A stretch of 64,000 bases of DNA, taken from NCBI RefSeq assembly GCF_009914755.1, contig NC_060926.1. The stretch is one strand, 5' to 3'. A model generated the notes under the pieces. That model was not told where the DNA came from, made no database searches, and saw only the letters and a program-made list of their open reading frames with translations. Positions 42,764 to 57,702 of the stretch are shown here, piece by piece. How positions within the stretch are numbered: position 1 is the first letter of the stretch; the number at the start of each line of letters is the position of its first letter. The stretch is from the human T2T-CHM13v2.0 reference genome, Homo sapiens. A program made the position numbers and the translations under genes.

Positions 42764-44132
42764 GGGAACTCCTCTTTTTAAAACCATCAGATCTCTTGAG
42801 ACTTATTCACTGTCATGAGAGTAGCATGGGAAAGACTTGCCTCCATGATTCAATTACCTCCCATTGGTTCCTTCCCACAACATGTGGGAATTCAAGATGA
42901 GATTTGGGTGGGGACACAGCCAAACCATAACATTCCACCCCTGGCCTCTCCCAAATCTCATGTCCTCACATTTTAAAACCAATCATGCCTTCCCAACAGT
43001 CCCCCAAATTCTTAACTCATTTTAGTATTAACTCAAAAGTCCACAGTTCAAAGTCTCATCCGAGACAAGGCAAGTCCCTTCCACCTGTGAGTCTGTTAAC
43101 TCAAATGCAAGTTAGTTACTTCCTAGATACAATGGGGGTATGGGCATTGGATAAATACAGCCATTCTAAATAGGAGACATTGGCCAAAACAAAGGGGCCA
43201 CAGGCCCCATGCAAGTCTGAAATCCAGCAGGACAGTCAAACCTTAAAGCCCCAAAATGATGTCGTTTGACTCCATGTCTCACATCCAGGTTAAGCTGGTG
43301 CAAGAGGTGGGTTCCCATGGTCTTGGGCAGCTCCACTCCTGTGGCTTTGCAGGGTACAGCCTCCCTCCCTGCGGCTTTCTTGGGCTGGCATTGAGTGTCT
43401 GCGGCTTTTCCTGGCACATGGTGCAAGCTTTCGTGGATCTACCATTCTGGGGTCTGGAGGACAGTGGCCCACTTCTCACAGCTCCACTAGGTGGTGCCCC
43501 AGTAGGGACTCTGTATGGGGACTCCAACCCGACATTTCCCTTCTGTACTGCCCTAGCAGAGGTTCTCCATGACAGCCTTGCCCCTGCAGCAAACTTCTGC
43601 CTGGGCATCCAGGTGTTTCCATACGTCTTCTGAAATCTAGGTGGAGGTTCTCAAACCTCAGTTCTTGACTTCTGTGTACCTGCAGGCTCAACACCACATG
43701 GAAGCTGCCAATGCTTGGGGCTTCCACCCTCTGAAGCAACAGCCCAAGTTGTACCTTGGGCCGTTTTAGCCATAACTGGGGTGGCTGGGATGCAGGGCAT
43801 CAAGTCCCTAGACTACACAAAACAGAAGGACCCTGGGCCTGGCCCATGAAACCATATTTTCCTCCTAAACCTCCAGGCGTGTGATGGGAGGGGCTGCCGC
43901 AAAGGTCTCCGACATGCCTTGGAGGCCTTTTTTCCATTGTCTCAGTGATTAACATTCAGCTCCTTGTTACTTATGCAAATTTCTGCAGCTGGCTTGAATT
44001 TCTCCTCAGAAAATGGGATTTTCTTTTCTATTGCATTGTCAGGCTGCAAATTTTCCAAACTTTTATGCTCTGTTTCCCTTTTAAAACTGAATGCCCTCAA
44101 CAGCACCTAAGTCACCTCTTGAGTGCTTTGCT

Positions 44133-44459
44133 CCTTTGTAGGGACATGGATGAAATTGGAAATCATCATTCTCAGTAAACTATCACAAGAACAAAAAACC
44201 AAACACCGCATATTCTCACTCATAGGTGGGAATTGAACAATGAGGTCACATGGACACAGGAAGGGGAATATCACACTCTGGGGACTGTTGTGGGGTGGGG
44301 GGAGGGGGGAGGGATAGCATCGGGAGATATACCTAATGCTAGATGAGGAGTTAGTGGGTGCAGCGCACCAGCATGGCACATGTATACATATGTAACTAAC
44401 CTGTACAATGTGCACATGTACCCTAAAACTTAAAGTATAATAAAAAAAAAAAAAAAAAA
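44133..44459 (+). mobile_element. Young 5'-truncated L1 (L1PA2-like) 3' end inside the THE1 internal region
   Basis: TCACATGGACACAGGAAGGGGAATATCACAC; GAG rather than ACA at the Ta diagnostic site; AATAAA and a pure poly(A). Confidence 0.93.
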
Positions 44460-45849
44460 GAAATTTCTTCCACTAGATACCCTAAATCATCTCTCTCAAG
44501 TTCATAAGTTCCACAAATCTCTAGGGCGGAGCAAAACGCCACCAGTCTCTTTGCTAAAACATAACAATAGTCACTTGTGCTCCAGTTCCTAATAAGTTCC
44601 TCATCTCCATCTGAGGCCACCTCAGCCTGAACCTTATTGTTCATATCACTATCAGCATTTTTGTCAAAGCTGTTCAACGAGTCTCTAGGAAGTTCCAAAC
44701 TTTCCCACATTTTCCTGTCTTCTGAGCCCTCCAAACTGTTCCAGTCTCTGCCTGTTACCCAGTTCCAAAGTCACTCCCACATTTTTGGGCATCTTTTCAG
44801 CAGTGCCCCACTCTACTGGTACCAATTTACCATTTTAGTCCGTTTTCATGCTGCTGATAAAGACATTCCCGAGACTGGCAATTTACAAAAGAAGGAGATT
44901 TATTGGACTTATGGTTCCATGTGGCTGGGAAGGCCTCACAGTCATGGTGGAAGGTGAAAGACACGTTTCACATGGCAGCAGACAAGAGAAAAGAGAGCTT
45001 GTGCAGAGGAACTCCTCTTTTTAAAACCATCAGATCTCATGAGACTTATTCACTATCATGAGAATAGCATGGGAAAGGCTTGCCCCCATGATTCAATTAC
45101 CTCCCACCAAGTCCCTCCCACAACACGTGGGAATTCAAGATGAGATTTGGGTGGGGACACAGCCAAACCATATCACCAATACTAGTTAATGGAAAGGACC
45201 TGTGTCTTTGAACAGGGCAAAGGGTTCTGGGAGCCAGTTGGCTGCGATTTGTAACCAGGAACAAGAGGAAAAGAATCCAAGGGAGAAGAGCTGCTGGGGC
45301 AGCAACAGAGAACTGAGCCCAGCTGAGAAAGGAAAAAATGCCAGAGTCCTCCTGTGCCTCCCCTCTAATTCTCCTCTGCCACACTTGGGATGGGCTCAGT
45401 ATCTCCAAGTTCAGTGCTCAAGCAGACTGAGATGCCAGTTTCCAGTTCTGGCAGGTTCTCCCAGTCCAAACCCCCATCACATTTCCTGGGTGATGAAGGC
45501 TGAAGGACAAGGGAGGGGACAGCCTCAGCACTTCCCCCAAGCCATCTGCCACTTGCTCGAGCTTCTCTCATTATCTGCTGGGTAGAGATGAGGGGCAAAC
45601 TGAGGTGGGGCCGATCTGCCTCTCTGTATACCCTAGAGGATGAATCTGGACCTTCAAAGTTGATTGTTCTCTGTAGAAAGTAAGGTCGTTAGCACTTCTT
45701 GGTACTTACTCAGCTTTAGGCCTAAATTATGGATTTTAAAATAGCAGTTACATCCCATTCAACATCCTATTACAAAAATAACAGAGCAAAAGCTGAAATT
45801 CTCCTTCTTCACACACACTCCCCAATCTTACCTCCTTTACTTAACTTTC

Positions 45850-46435
45850 TTTTCTAAAAAGCTTTGAAAGAACTAAACAATGCAGAAAGTAACATAGCAG
45901 GCACTGTTGTACCAATTACCCACTACTACTCAGAATGACCAAATGTAGCATATTTTCCCATTTTCTCCCAATGTTCAAAATAAAAGGAATATAACATTAT
46001 AGAGAAAGTTGAAATCTCTTTGTTCATCCCAAACCGCGTCATATACCTCTTCCTGAAGGTAATTACTGTCATGAAGTTGCTATGTATCCTTTATTTTTTT
46101 AACTATGCATTAATTAACCAGCAAACCGTACATATCATTTATTTATATAAGTTATATGCTATGTGTTTTGTTCTGCAAATTTATTTTTACTCGTTGCCAT
46201 GCTTTTGAGATCTTTGTTAATTAAAAAACCTCATTCATTTTAACTTCTATGTAGTAATCTATTGTATTAATATTCCAAATTTTGTTTAAGTGTTCCCTTT
46301 TGATGGACAATTAGATTATTTGTAATTATCATTGTTACTGTTATAAGCAAAGGTACAGTGAACATATTTATCTACATGACCCTGAACACACATGCGAGAT
46401 TTCCTCTAGGACATACAGCTAAAAGAGAAATTATT
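45850..46435 (-). mobile_element. Old L1ME-type 3' fragment
   Basis: GAGGTAATTACTGTCATGAAGTT-like and TTGATGGACAATTAGATT...GTGAACAT motifs. Confidence 0.6.
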
Positions 46436-46914
46436 TGGCCAGATACATGGCCAATTGATTTCTATATTTCAGTAGAAAACTTGTCTTGAATAGGAGTTGT
46501 GTGTGTGTGTGTCCTATTTCCACATGACCCATCTGGGTCCCCTGTGGTGAATAAGGTCTCCCACTGGTGACTTGAGGTTCTCCTGCAGATCCTATTTGTG
46601 AGCCATTGGGCATCTTAGCTCAATTCATGGTGGGCTGACTGTCCATGTTTCCTTCAGCCACCCTGGACGGCAGCTGTGTGCCGGGTGAGTTAGAGGATGA
46701 ATTGCAGCTCTATAATGATCTGTTTTCATTATCAGAGGAGTCCTTCTCAACTCTCGTTTCTCACTGACTGCTTCTCCTTTCCATAGCCTGACTTGAGTTC
46801 TTGCCTGCTTTGACCATGAGAACTGAAAATTGAGGACTAGTAAGTATAAGCCCTTCCTGGGGCTCCTATCACATGGCATGTGCCCATTGGAATGGTAAAA
46901 TTGAGGACAAATGT

Positions 46915-46951
46915 AAAACAAAACAAAACAACAAAACAAAACAAAACAAAA
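46915..46951. repeat. (AAAAC)n microsatellite
   Basis: Directly visible. Confidence 0.9.
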
Positions 46952-47168
46952 CCTTTCTCCAGCACTAACAGCTGGTGGGCTTAAGAATTATTCAGGTTAA
47001 GTTGAATTGACTTCAAGTTTGAGCTGACTTGGTCTGTGAAGTTGTATGGACTTCTAATCACCAGAAATCCTCAGCTCTGCCTCAGTCTAAAATTACCGAG
47101 TCCCTTCCTTTGAGTCAAGAAGATAAGTCAAACTATTCTAGAAAAGCCACCATCCCTCTAGGACCTCA

Positions 47169-47598
47169 TGTATTAATGTAGGGTATGGGCTGGGCTGCTG
47201 ACTCAAACAATATATTCCTCTCCTGTGCAATAAGGCAAGTGGAAGCTTTTCCCCATGGGTTAATCCAGTCACATAATTTCTTCTATTGCATCCTCCCCTC
47301 ACCACCTCTGTGGAGCACCAAGTCTCTATTCCAGCTCACACACACAGGAAATGGCAAAAAAAGAAGTGGGGAGTGAAAGCTTTCTTTGAAAAATGAGATG
47401 TGAAAGTTGCACATATCTCTTCTGCTTCTATCTGTTTGCCAAAATTTAGTTATAAGGCCACCCCTTCATGCAAGGGATGCTGTGAAATGTACATTTAGCT
47501 GGGTAGCAACTGTCCTGCTAAAATCCAGTGGGAAGAGTGCTCCCTTATTAAAACGAAGAAGGGGAAAACGTATCTTGGGAATATTTAGCAATCTCTGC
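47169..47598 (-). mobile_element. Old MLT1-type LTR
   Basis: TGTATTAATGTAGGG start; GCAAGGGATGCTGTGAAATGTA...AGCTGGG; AGCAATCTCTGCC end. Confidence 0.55.
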
Positions 47599-47829
47599 CT
47601 CATCTGGCACTATATTTTGATACCTGCACAGGTAAGAAAAATCCACTCACGTAATACGAAGTCAAACCATAACCTATCTACATATTTAGATCTATCTATC
47701 TACAACTATCTATAGTTCATCAATTCTAACACACGTTTTACACCATAGCAGCTCAGCTCTCAAACTGGAATGTCTCTTCACAGTTGATGGTGTCTTATGG
47801 TCTCTGCCAGCCAGAAAGCAGTAATGGTG

Positions 47830-48250
47830 TGGTTGTCATTGCCTGCACATTCATAAACTTAGCCATTTAAAGGATAAGCTCTCCACAGGTGCGAAAAAAC
47901 CCCAAACATTTAAGACCATTTGAGAAAGGAATGTGAGTGTTGGCCTTGCCTTGTAATCTTCTGTTGACACCTGAAAAAAATCAAGGATGTTCCAGCATCA
48001 AAAGTTGCAGAATGGGTGTCAGCTTCTTGGAAGAAAATTCCAGAGAAAAGAGAGGAATCCTCAGAAGAAATGCATCACCAATGCTCTTGATAGCATGAGG
48101 AACAGAAATACACAGAAAAATTATAAACTTTAATGATTCTGAGTTGAAAAATAAATTATAAGACTTTGAATGTAGATATGTAGAATTCTCTATTTAGTGT
48201 ATGTTTTAGCATGATATATGCTAAAAGTCTATTCTAAATAAGCCCAAAAG
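47830..48250 (+). mobile_element. TcMar pogo/Tc2 (Kanga/Tigger-like) transposase remnant
   Basis: Frame-broken peptides DHLRKECECW, PASKVAEWVSASWKKIPE (47992-48045) and KKCITNALDS match the C-terminus of pogo-family DDE transposases. Confidence 0.65.
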
Positions 48251-48909
48251 AGCTTTAAGCAATATGAAAACATCGAGGCTATCAAAATATTATCCCAAAC
48301 TTGGAAATAGACAAGAGAGATTTATTTTTAGTGCAGTGCTAGGTTTGATTTTCTATTTGGCTATTTTATAATTTTATAGAGGTAGAGTTTAGATTGTAGA
48401 TTTAGTCCAGTAGAAATGCAAATCATTTCTATCCCATGAAATGGATAAGCCCAATGATATGGCTATAGCTTTGTCTGATATTAATCAGATTTTTGCTTTG
48501 TTTTCTTCAAATTTAACCCAACAATCTAGTAAATCACCTATATATACACCCAACTTCTCAAATCCCATTTGGACTCGTTTAATATTATGCTTGTTCTCTT
48601 AATAATTAGCAAGTTGAATAAAATCTTTGATGTGCTTACTTTAAGTTTGCATGAGAGTTTTCTTCTTCCTTTAACAAATCATAGGACACTTGGCAGCATT
48701 TCTTTAGTGATGCAGAAAATAATGGCATGACTTGCAATTGATGGCATGCTAAGTTCGATGGATTATGGTATTGCTGCTGCCTCAATTTCTATTTCATCAG
48801 CAAGCTAGTGAAAAGGAAATTAGGGTGACCAAATCACAAATGTTGTAGGCATGACATCTCAAAATGTTTTGATGAAGCTTTAGTCTGGAAACACTCTGCA
48901 ATAGGCATA

Positions 48910-50350
48910 TGTCATTATTTTGCCTGCTCAGCATCAGAAATGCATTCCTTTGTTTCGGGAATTTCCTATCTGTGATATCTTATGGCACATTGAGATGCTT
49001 TCCCACTGCTGAAGCTAACCGTGGCAGATACTTGCTTCCCCAGCCTCCTTTGAAGCTGAGACATAGATATGTTTACACCATCCTGGACTATAAATTAGAA
49101 ACTGGTGCCTCAGTCAAGCAGGTTCTTCAGGGAATCCTCTCTAGGGGTGGCACTAGCTGTCACAGACAGAGTTCTTAGGGTGGCCATCGCTGAAGCGGGA
49201 GCACTGGGCAAGTGCCTAGGGTGGGTAGTGGAGGCAGCATCAGTTTTTGGCCTGAGTTGATCTGAGTCCTCTGAGGTTGTGTGGCCTCTCAATTTGCTTC
49301 TCCAGCTACCTTGTAAATGCTGTGAGCCACTCAATCTCCTTTAATAGCTTCTCAATCTTCTTTAATCAGTGAGAGTCATTTGCATGAAACAGAAAACACC
49401 AATGGAACAGATATTGAGACTCGGAGAGTCGACAGGAAGCAGTGCTTCATGAGTAAATTTGGTTTTCTACCTGCCCAGTTGTTTTGATGACTCACACTAA
49501 TTGTATTTGAGATGACAGATATTTTAAAATTTAATGTAGATAAAGGAGCCCAAAGACCTAGACAGATAGGAATGTTGTAGAGAATTTATCATGGCAACCT
49601 GTTTTGCTATTCCCCAACTATGGCCCTCAAGCTGGCCTGCAAGGCACTCCCTTTGCCAAAGCTTTGAGGGCCATCCTAGAACCTTTAAAAAACACTGCAG
49701 CGGGGGAATCAGAGATAGTTAATGTAGCCTGGTTGGGGCTAAAGACAGTGAAAAAACACTGGTTTCCTAGAGTTTTCTCCTGGTTCTCTAACTCTTCCTC
49801 TCCTTGATAATTGCTCTCTGGAGGCTGGTGATACAGGTGAAAGATGCTGTCTTTGAAATGGCTTCTTGGTCTCAAAAGGGATATCAGGATCCCCATGGTA
49901 CTGGCCTTGAACTAACGGATGATTCCTGGGGACTTGGAATGCTGCTGTACTTCCCTTAGTCAAGGAGTAAGGATTTCTTTGGTTGTGTAATAAGTGGAAT
50001 TTTTAGTCAAGTGCACCCCATAGTAGGCACAGGGGAGGGGAGAAGGGGAGAGTCTAGTTCTTTAGGGTATAACTGGATTAGGAGTAGTCAACATCTGGCA
50101 GAATTTCTACATCAGCTCCCTGACCTATGGTAAGAGCCACTATGGTAGGAAGGGCCAATGAAAAACCTCTGAAACTCCTCCACAGAAAAATTATAAATCA
50201 AAAGGGATATTGGACCCCTAGGGAAATAGCATGAGTTTACGTGGTTGTCCAGCCTTCCCGACAATTCTTAAGCTGCCCGGTATCCTTTTTAAAAATTCTT
50301 GTTCTGCTGAAATCCTCTGAAGCCAGTTTCATTTGCAGTGCCCTGATACT
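48910..50350 (+). mobile_element. Heavily deleted ERVL-class provirus remnant: LTR (~48910-49410) plus gag, pro and pol fragments
   Basis: GTPFAKALR (gag-like); GGTACTGGCCTTGAACTAACGGATGATTCCTGGG (DTGSELTLIPG-like protease site, frameshifted); RATMVGRANEKPLKL and KIINQKGY (ERVL pol start-like). Confidence 0.65.
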
Positions 50351-51074
50351 GCTATATGATTATTTTGCCAATGAATTGTATAATTAAACATAAGAAAAAA
50401 AGTTTTATTCTTGGCAGTTGTTATATCAAAGTTAGGTAACTTCACTTTGAACAGAGAAAACTAGCTCCTGTGATAAAATAGTCATGAGCTTCTGCAGGCA
50501 CTTAGCAGTTTAAGAAGTAGCCAAGAGACGGATTGGACACCACCAACATATTTTACTTATTTGAACAATATGTGTGCACACCCACTTATTGGACCACAGG
50601 CAAAAGCCCTGAGGTTTGGTCAAAATCAGAATGCTACATTATGATGGAACAAGAATCTGGGGAAACATAAACAAATCCAAAATCTCTAGGATTGCCCGAC
50701 TACAAACAAATACTCGAGCTTTACGCTGCCACTCCTGGAAAAATAATAACTGGCTTCTAATAGGCAAATAGTTCTAGGAAGAACAGACATTTGGAAGACA
50801 CAATTTGCAGAGAGACCAGCAGGCATATATTTAGGGAACCATAAAAGCCTCTCTATAATAAATGCAGTTTAATTTTTTCAAAAGGCAAAATCAAATTATG
50901 CTAAAAGAATTAAGATAAAGTCTCTTGCTGCAGAAAAGACACTGTTTATCTTTGCTTGTATGATATTAATTTATATATTCCTGGGTAAAAGCAAAAATTG
51001 AGCTACAGAGGTTTTTGGTTAGTTTCTTTGGCTTGTTCGTTTGTTTTAAATCAGTCACCAGCAATTATAGATTC

Positions 51075-51980
51075 TTTCATATTCACACATTTGTTCATCC
51101 AACAGTTTTTTTCAGTGCCTGTCTGTGCTGGGCTCAGGGAAAGCGTGGGATAGGCTGGCATATGAGAAAAACATGGTAAATTTGGGCAACTAAAAGCAGC
51201 CGTTGGAGCACAGGAAACATAAAGGGCTGCAGATAAGCAAGGATCAGATGATAAAATCCTTTGAGATGGCATTAGAGAAACCTGACATTATACAGTGCAC
51301 AATGGAAAGACATTACAATCCTTTAATTAAGACATGGATGCAATCAGGTTTGGCTTTTAGAAAGATCACAGCTGCCACATGGAGAATGCCACATGGAGAA
51401 CTGGAGGGTTCAGGAGTAGGTGCACCCATGTTGCAGGAGCTTAGGAGAAGGAATGGAGGCAATAATTGGAAGGATTCAAGACAAATGTAGGCAGTGAAAT
51501 TAACAGGAATTTGTTAAGTAAGTATGTGTGTATGGGGGGAGGTATGAGGCCAGATTCTGACTTGAGAAATAAGATTGTTGGTGGTACCAATCTCAATTAT
51601 AAATTACACAAGAAAAACAGAGTTGGGAGTGGTGTAAATGATGAGTTTGGTGTGTTTTATTCCAAGTGCTTGTGGCACATGAAGGTTGAAATATCCAAAA
51701 GGCTGCTGGATACATAAATCACAAAGAAGAGATCTGAGCTGAAGACATGGCCTCTGAAATCATCAGCATCATCCCACTAGTGGCTGAAACCAAGGGTTGA
51801 TGGGAGAATAGCAAAGCACATAGAAGAGGACCTTGAGGAACAATAAACATAAGGGCTGTGGCTAGAAAGAGGGGACCATAAAGATGACTGAGAATCAGTC
51901 AGAACCAGAGATGTCATGGAGGCCGAGGAAAGAGACTTGCAGGAAGGGGTGGGTAACAAGTAAGTTACAGACTGAGAAGT
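51075..51980 (-). mobile_element. L2
   Basis: TTTAGAAAGATCACAGCTGCC, ATGATGAGTTTGG, GAGATCTGAGCTGAAGA motifs. Confidence 0.75.
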
Positions 51981-52061
51981 AGCCAATGAATCGAGCAATT
52001 AGGCTCTTTTCTGTGAGTTGTTTCTGGGGAAGAGAGTTATGCTGCCTATCATAACAAGGCA

Positions 52062-52170
52062 GTGTTTCTTCTCCTTTTCTTTCTCCTCTACCATCTCTTC
52101 TTTCTCCTTCATCTTTTTCTTCCTCTTCATTCCCTTCTCCTAACCCTCCCCTCCTCCTTACTCTTCTTCG
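52062..52170. repeat. Polypyrimidine low-complexity tract
   Basis: ~100 nt of almost only C/T. Confidence 0.8.
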
Positions 52171-52769
52171 CAGACCCCCCAAATTCTTAAGACCAATGGG
52201 AAGTTTAAAAATTCAACTATGTAATTCACATCCTATAGTTGCTTTTGGTGGAAACACTTTCTCTAATATATTCAAGACAGACTTTCTCATCTAAGATAAT
52301 TTGCCCTGTCATCTGTAGGTGATTATTTGTTCTAGGGACAGAAGAGCTCCTGAATAACAGGAGTATTGGTAGGGAAAGAAAGAAGTCTGTTGCAGTGTTC
52401 TAAATGTGGGAGTTGGGGGGGATTCAGACATCAGGTTTCGGGAATAAAGAGTATTTGAGTGTTGATCTGAGAAAGAAGAGGTGAGAGGAAATAGAGGAGA
52501 TGAGATTAAGAGCCAGGCAACTGAACACGTGCAAAAGGAGGGTGAATGTGCAGAAGTCTAGATCTTGAGAGCAGGGGAGGAAGTTAAGTTTTGAGGTTGC
52601 TAGAGCAGAAACACTTGAGCAATAGATGCCAGGCTGGCGGCCGTGGTTGGGTAGAAACCAAAGACCCATGGGCTTTTGCTCCCTGAGGGCACTGACTAAA
52701 ACTTCTCTCCTCTCACCTAGTTTCTCTTTGATCTTTGCTGTTTGGACTATCCACTACCTCATTTTCAAT

Positions 52770-53065
52770 TTGTTTATTCACTTATTTATTCAAAAAATGC
52801 TTGTTGAACGTTTATACGCATTAAGAAGTGGTTGTTGAACATTCACTACGCGTTAAGTAGCAGATATACAGATGGAAACATGGCATCCTTGGCCTCAAGC
52901 TATGCTGTTTAAAGTAGAAATTGGAAGACCCATGAACAAGCCTTCCCTCTGACTGTGAAAAGTGGTATAGGGGAATTCAGTATAAGTTCTGTGGAGATCC
53001 TCAACAGGAGGACACCTATGTCTTTCTGGGCCATCAGAGAAGCCTTCAGAGAGGAATGAACTTCT
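52770..53065 (-). mobile_element. L2 3' end
   Basis: ATTCACTTATTTATTCAAAAAATGCTTGTTGAAC...CATCAGAGAAGCCTTCAGAGAGG. Confidence 0.6.
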
Positions 53066-54626
53066 GTGGATCCTTCTTCACAGTTTCAGGTGCCTCTTAC
53101 TTTGAGTAGCGTCTGGGATGCCCTTGCCTGGAGAAATGATCTCTCCTGTCTGCTGCTTTCTTTGTCTTACTGAGGCTTTAGGGATTATGTCTCTTGGAAT
53201 TTTTATGTTGATTTTTTGACCTCTCATTCAGATCTCTCATTTTGGTATTTTGTTCTAGTTCTCTATTAGCAGGTTGCAAGTTTTGGATTAGATGATGTCT
53301 GCTCTACACCTACTTCTTGGGTTATTCCATCTCAGGAACTCATTACTTCACAACCAGAGAATGCATATTTCATCGTTTTAAGTTTGTTTCATACTCGTGG
53401 TGGTGGTGGGGAATTCTAACCTCCTTGTCTCTGGCCAAACCTAATGACATTGATGATAAAGGACTTGGAAATAATAAATGAAATACGGTCACTCTGTGGA
53501 CCAGGATAATGTTCTCCTAGGAATGTCTTCCTCAGTTACACACAACAAGAATCTGGCTCTTAGAACTTCAAAATTAAACATCCAAGTCTACTGATAATGG
53601 AGCATTTTAAGTTAGAGGAAATAGTATTCTTGGAAACTAACCAAAATAGTTAGAAAATAAAATGGGTTTAGTAGGTGCTTTCAAAGGGTGTACTACAGAC
53701 ATTAGTATAAATGAGCTTGGACAAAAATCCTCTGTCTCTGGTATATGTATGTCACTCCACACTATCCCTTTCTTTCTCGACAAGGAGATTTTGTTATAGA
53801 ATCTGCCTAATGAGAAAATCAGAAAAAGAAAAGGTGATGTTCTCATTTCAAAACAAAGCTTAAAAATTATATCAATGCATTAACAGAAAGATATGTTAGT
53901 GTACTTTAATAGATTTTATGTGATTCATTCACAGCTATGATTTTATTGTGAAACTGATTTCTTCATAAACTGGGTTCCTATGCAGTTTTTCCCAGGAAAA
54001 TGAAAATGGATGATCAAAATGATAAATACTATAAATTAGTGACAGCCTTCTGGGTAATCAAAAGATTATTTTAAACGTGTAGAAAATGCTAAAATGGGTC
54101 TTTTCATCTCTCAATTTCAAGTGAGGCAACAATATGATAGACATTAGACACCAAAGTGGGTGTGAAACAGATTGTCATATGCAGACTTTACAAAAGGAAT
54201 GCTCAAAGAACAGTTTCATAACTTTGAAACTCTTGAGTGCTTAATTTACTTTGAGAATATAAAAGTGTAAAGAAAGAGGAGACACGCGGGGACATTATCA
54301 GCTGATTTTCTGGGGAGAGAATTATGGCTGTCTGTGAGTTTCCACCTCTCTTCCCTACAGGAAAAGAGGGGTGTGGAGGGGCTGTCTTCTAATGTCAGGT
54401 TGCAGGAGAGGGAATTTCACGAGGTCATTTGGCAAGTTTTCTGTATACTCCCTTGCAGGGAACTGCAGTTGGAGGGGTCAGGGACTGGTGCCTGGGAAAG
54501 CTAAGGAGGCCAGTGGCAGCTAGAAGGAGGTGGTCACTTTGTCTCAGCATTTGTCAGTAGGCGGTAAACACAAATGTTTCCTGTGGACCAGATGTAGAGA
54601 GAGATGAGTCCAAACTGTTTTAAGTC

Positions 54627-55518
<892 letters not shown>

Positions 55519-56347
55519 AATTCCTATCCAAAAGGACACCCTGGGGAATGAGGAAGCTTTAACAGTAAGAGTCTGTGTAGAGTGGACAACTCAATAACCA
55601 GTACAGAGTGGGAAACAGCAGCGAGGGGGACAGAACATGTCACTCATGTCAAGGAAGCCCAGCAGAGGAGCCTCTGATGAGCTCTTAGAGGCACCCATGA
55701 GAGAAATGATGGATTGTAACATGTATCAGGCCCAAAAAGAGCAAAGCCATAAGCAAAGAAGACTTCCCTTGGCCCTCTTTCCCTTCCTTCATCCCTCATA
55801 CCACTCTCAGAGGGGCTGAGGCCCTGGTCAGCAAAGAAGAAACAAAGAGGAAGTGAGTAGGTGGCAACCACACCCCTGGGCCCTTCTACAAGTGGTCTGC
55901 TTAAAGCAGCTCCCAGATGAGGAAGGAAAGAAGATTTTGCTCTAACTTCAGTTTAGATATTAATATTTGGGGCTAGCCAATTTCTGCTTGTGAATTGAGC
56001 TTGCCTTTTGTGACTTAAAATGACCAGAAAAGCCAGCGCTTTCTTTCAGGTACTGAGGAAAATCATCCCCACTGAGGATATATTTAAAGTTGTGTTTTGA
56101 TATATCACCAACTGTGTTGTTTGACATGCTGGTTACAAATATATTTTAAGTCTTTGAAAATTGGTAGATTAGTTATTCTGTCTATAGCAATGTTCCTAAC
56201 TATGTCATTCCATTTTCCAATAATTTTAGGCAATAATTTACTATATTATTCTTTATTTTGTTTCTGTACCAGGAACATACCAGAATTCTTTAAAGTTCAG
56301 GATACAATCTCTTGGGATTTTTAACATAATGTTTACAAATTAAAATC

Positions 56348-56962
<615 letters not shown>

Positions 56963-57249
56963 TAAAATAAAACCATAAAAATAAATTAAGATCGCTCCCT
57001 TCTTGGCTGTATATGGGATGTTATTAAATATGTAATAAATTTGTAATATCCTTAGAGAACAAAGAGAAAGAAGCTTATCTTACTATTGAGTTTATTTGGA
57101 TTCAGCAATGAAAGTAAAGAGAATTGAAATCTCTGAGGGGGAGTACTTAGGAAAAAGTAAACAGAACATAACTAGCCTGACAAAATAGAGGAGAAAAGAG
57201 AAAACATTTACACAGTTACAGATGGCATCTTTTAATTAGGTGAAGTGGT

Positions 57250-57702
57250 AAGCCAGCCCAATGCATTCTCTGTCCTCCTCTGCTCTGTGCCCCAAGAGAC
57301 TGGCCTCACTGGACTCTATTGCCAAGATCCCTTGCACTTTGGTTTGCAGTTGGATTTGGCTAGTGGAGGAAGGTCACATGGCCACTTGTTGTCACACCCC
57401 CTTGCCCTGGCACTGTCTTAAGAGCAGCCATGTTCCTCTATGGTCACAGAGTCTGGAGGGCTTTCTTCTTCTATGGTGGCTGCTCTTACCAAGCTCTGAT
57501 AATATTATTTCCTGTCCCCTGCCTCTTTAGGCCTAGTGATAGTAGTGGCTTCTTGCCGCTGGTAGTTTTTGGGTTCCTCAACACCCGCCGTGGTTCCCTT
57601 AATCCTGGCCACACCTCTGTGAAGGATCCCACCACTAAAAATGTCCTTCAAAATCCCAGCTGAATGTGCTGTTTCTTTCCTGCCAGGATCCTCATTGACA
57701 CA
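57250..57702 (+). mobile_element. LTR33-like ERVL LTR
   Basis: CCCCTGCCTCTTTAGGCCTAG...GGTTCCCTTAATCCTGGCCACACCTCTGT...TTCCTGCCAGGATCC. Confidence 0.7.

Larger units (their letters stand above)
42489..45175 (-). mobile_element. Complete THE1 (THE1A-like) MaLR element: LTR 42489-42932, internal region 42933-44830, LTR 44831-45175
   Basis: Two homologous LTRs flanking THE1 internal sequence. TSD CCAAC/CCAAT (42484-42488 / 45176-45180). Confidence 0.95.

Noticed and set aside
42985-44957. Cluster of 60-125 aa ORFs
   Set aside because: Fragments of the decayed THE1 internal region, LTR and inserted L1.
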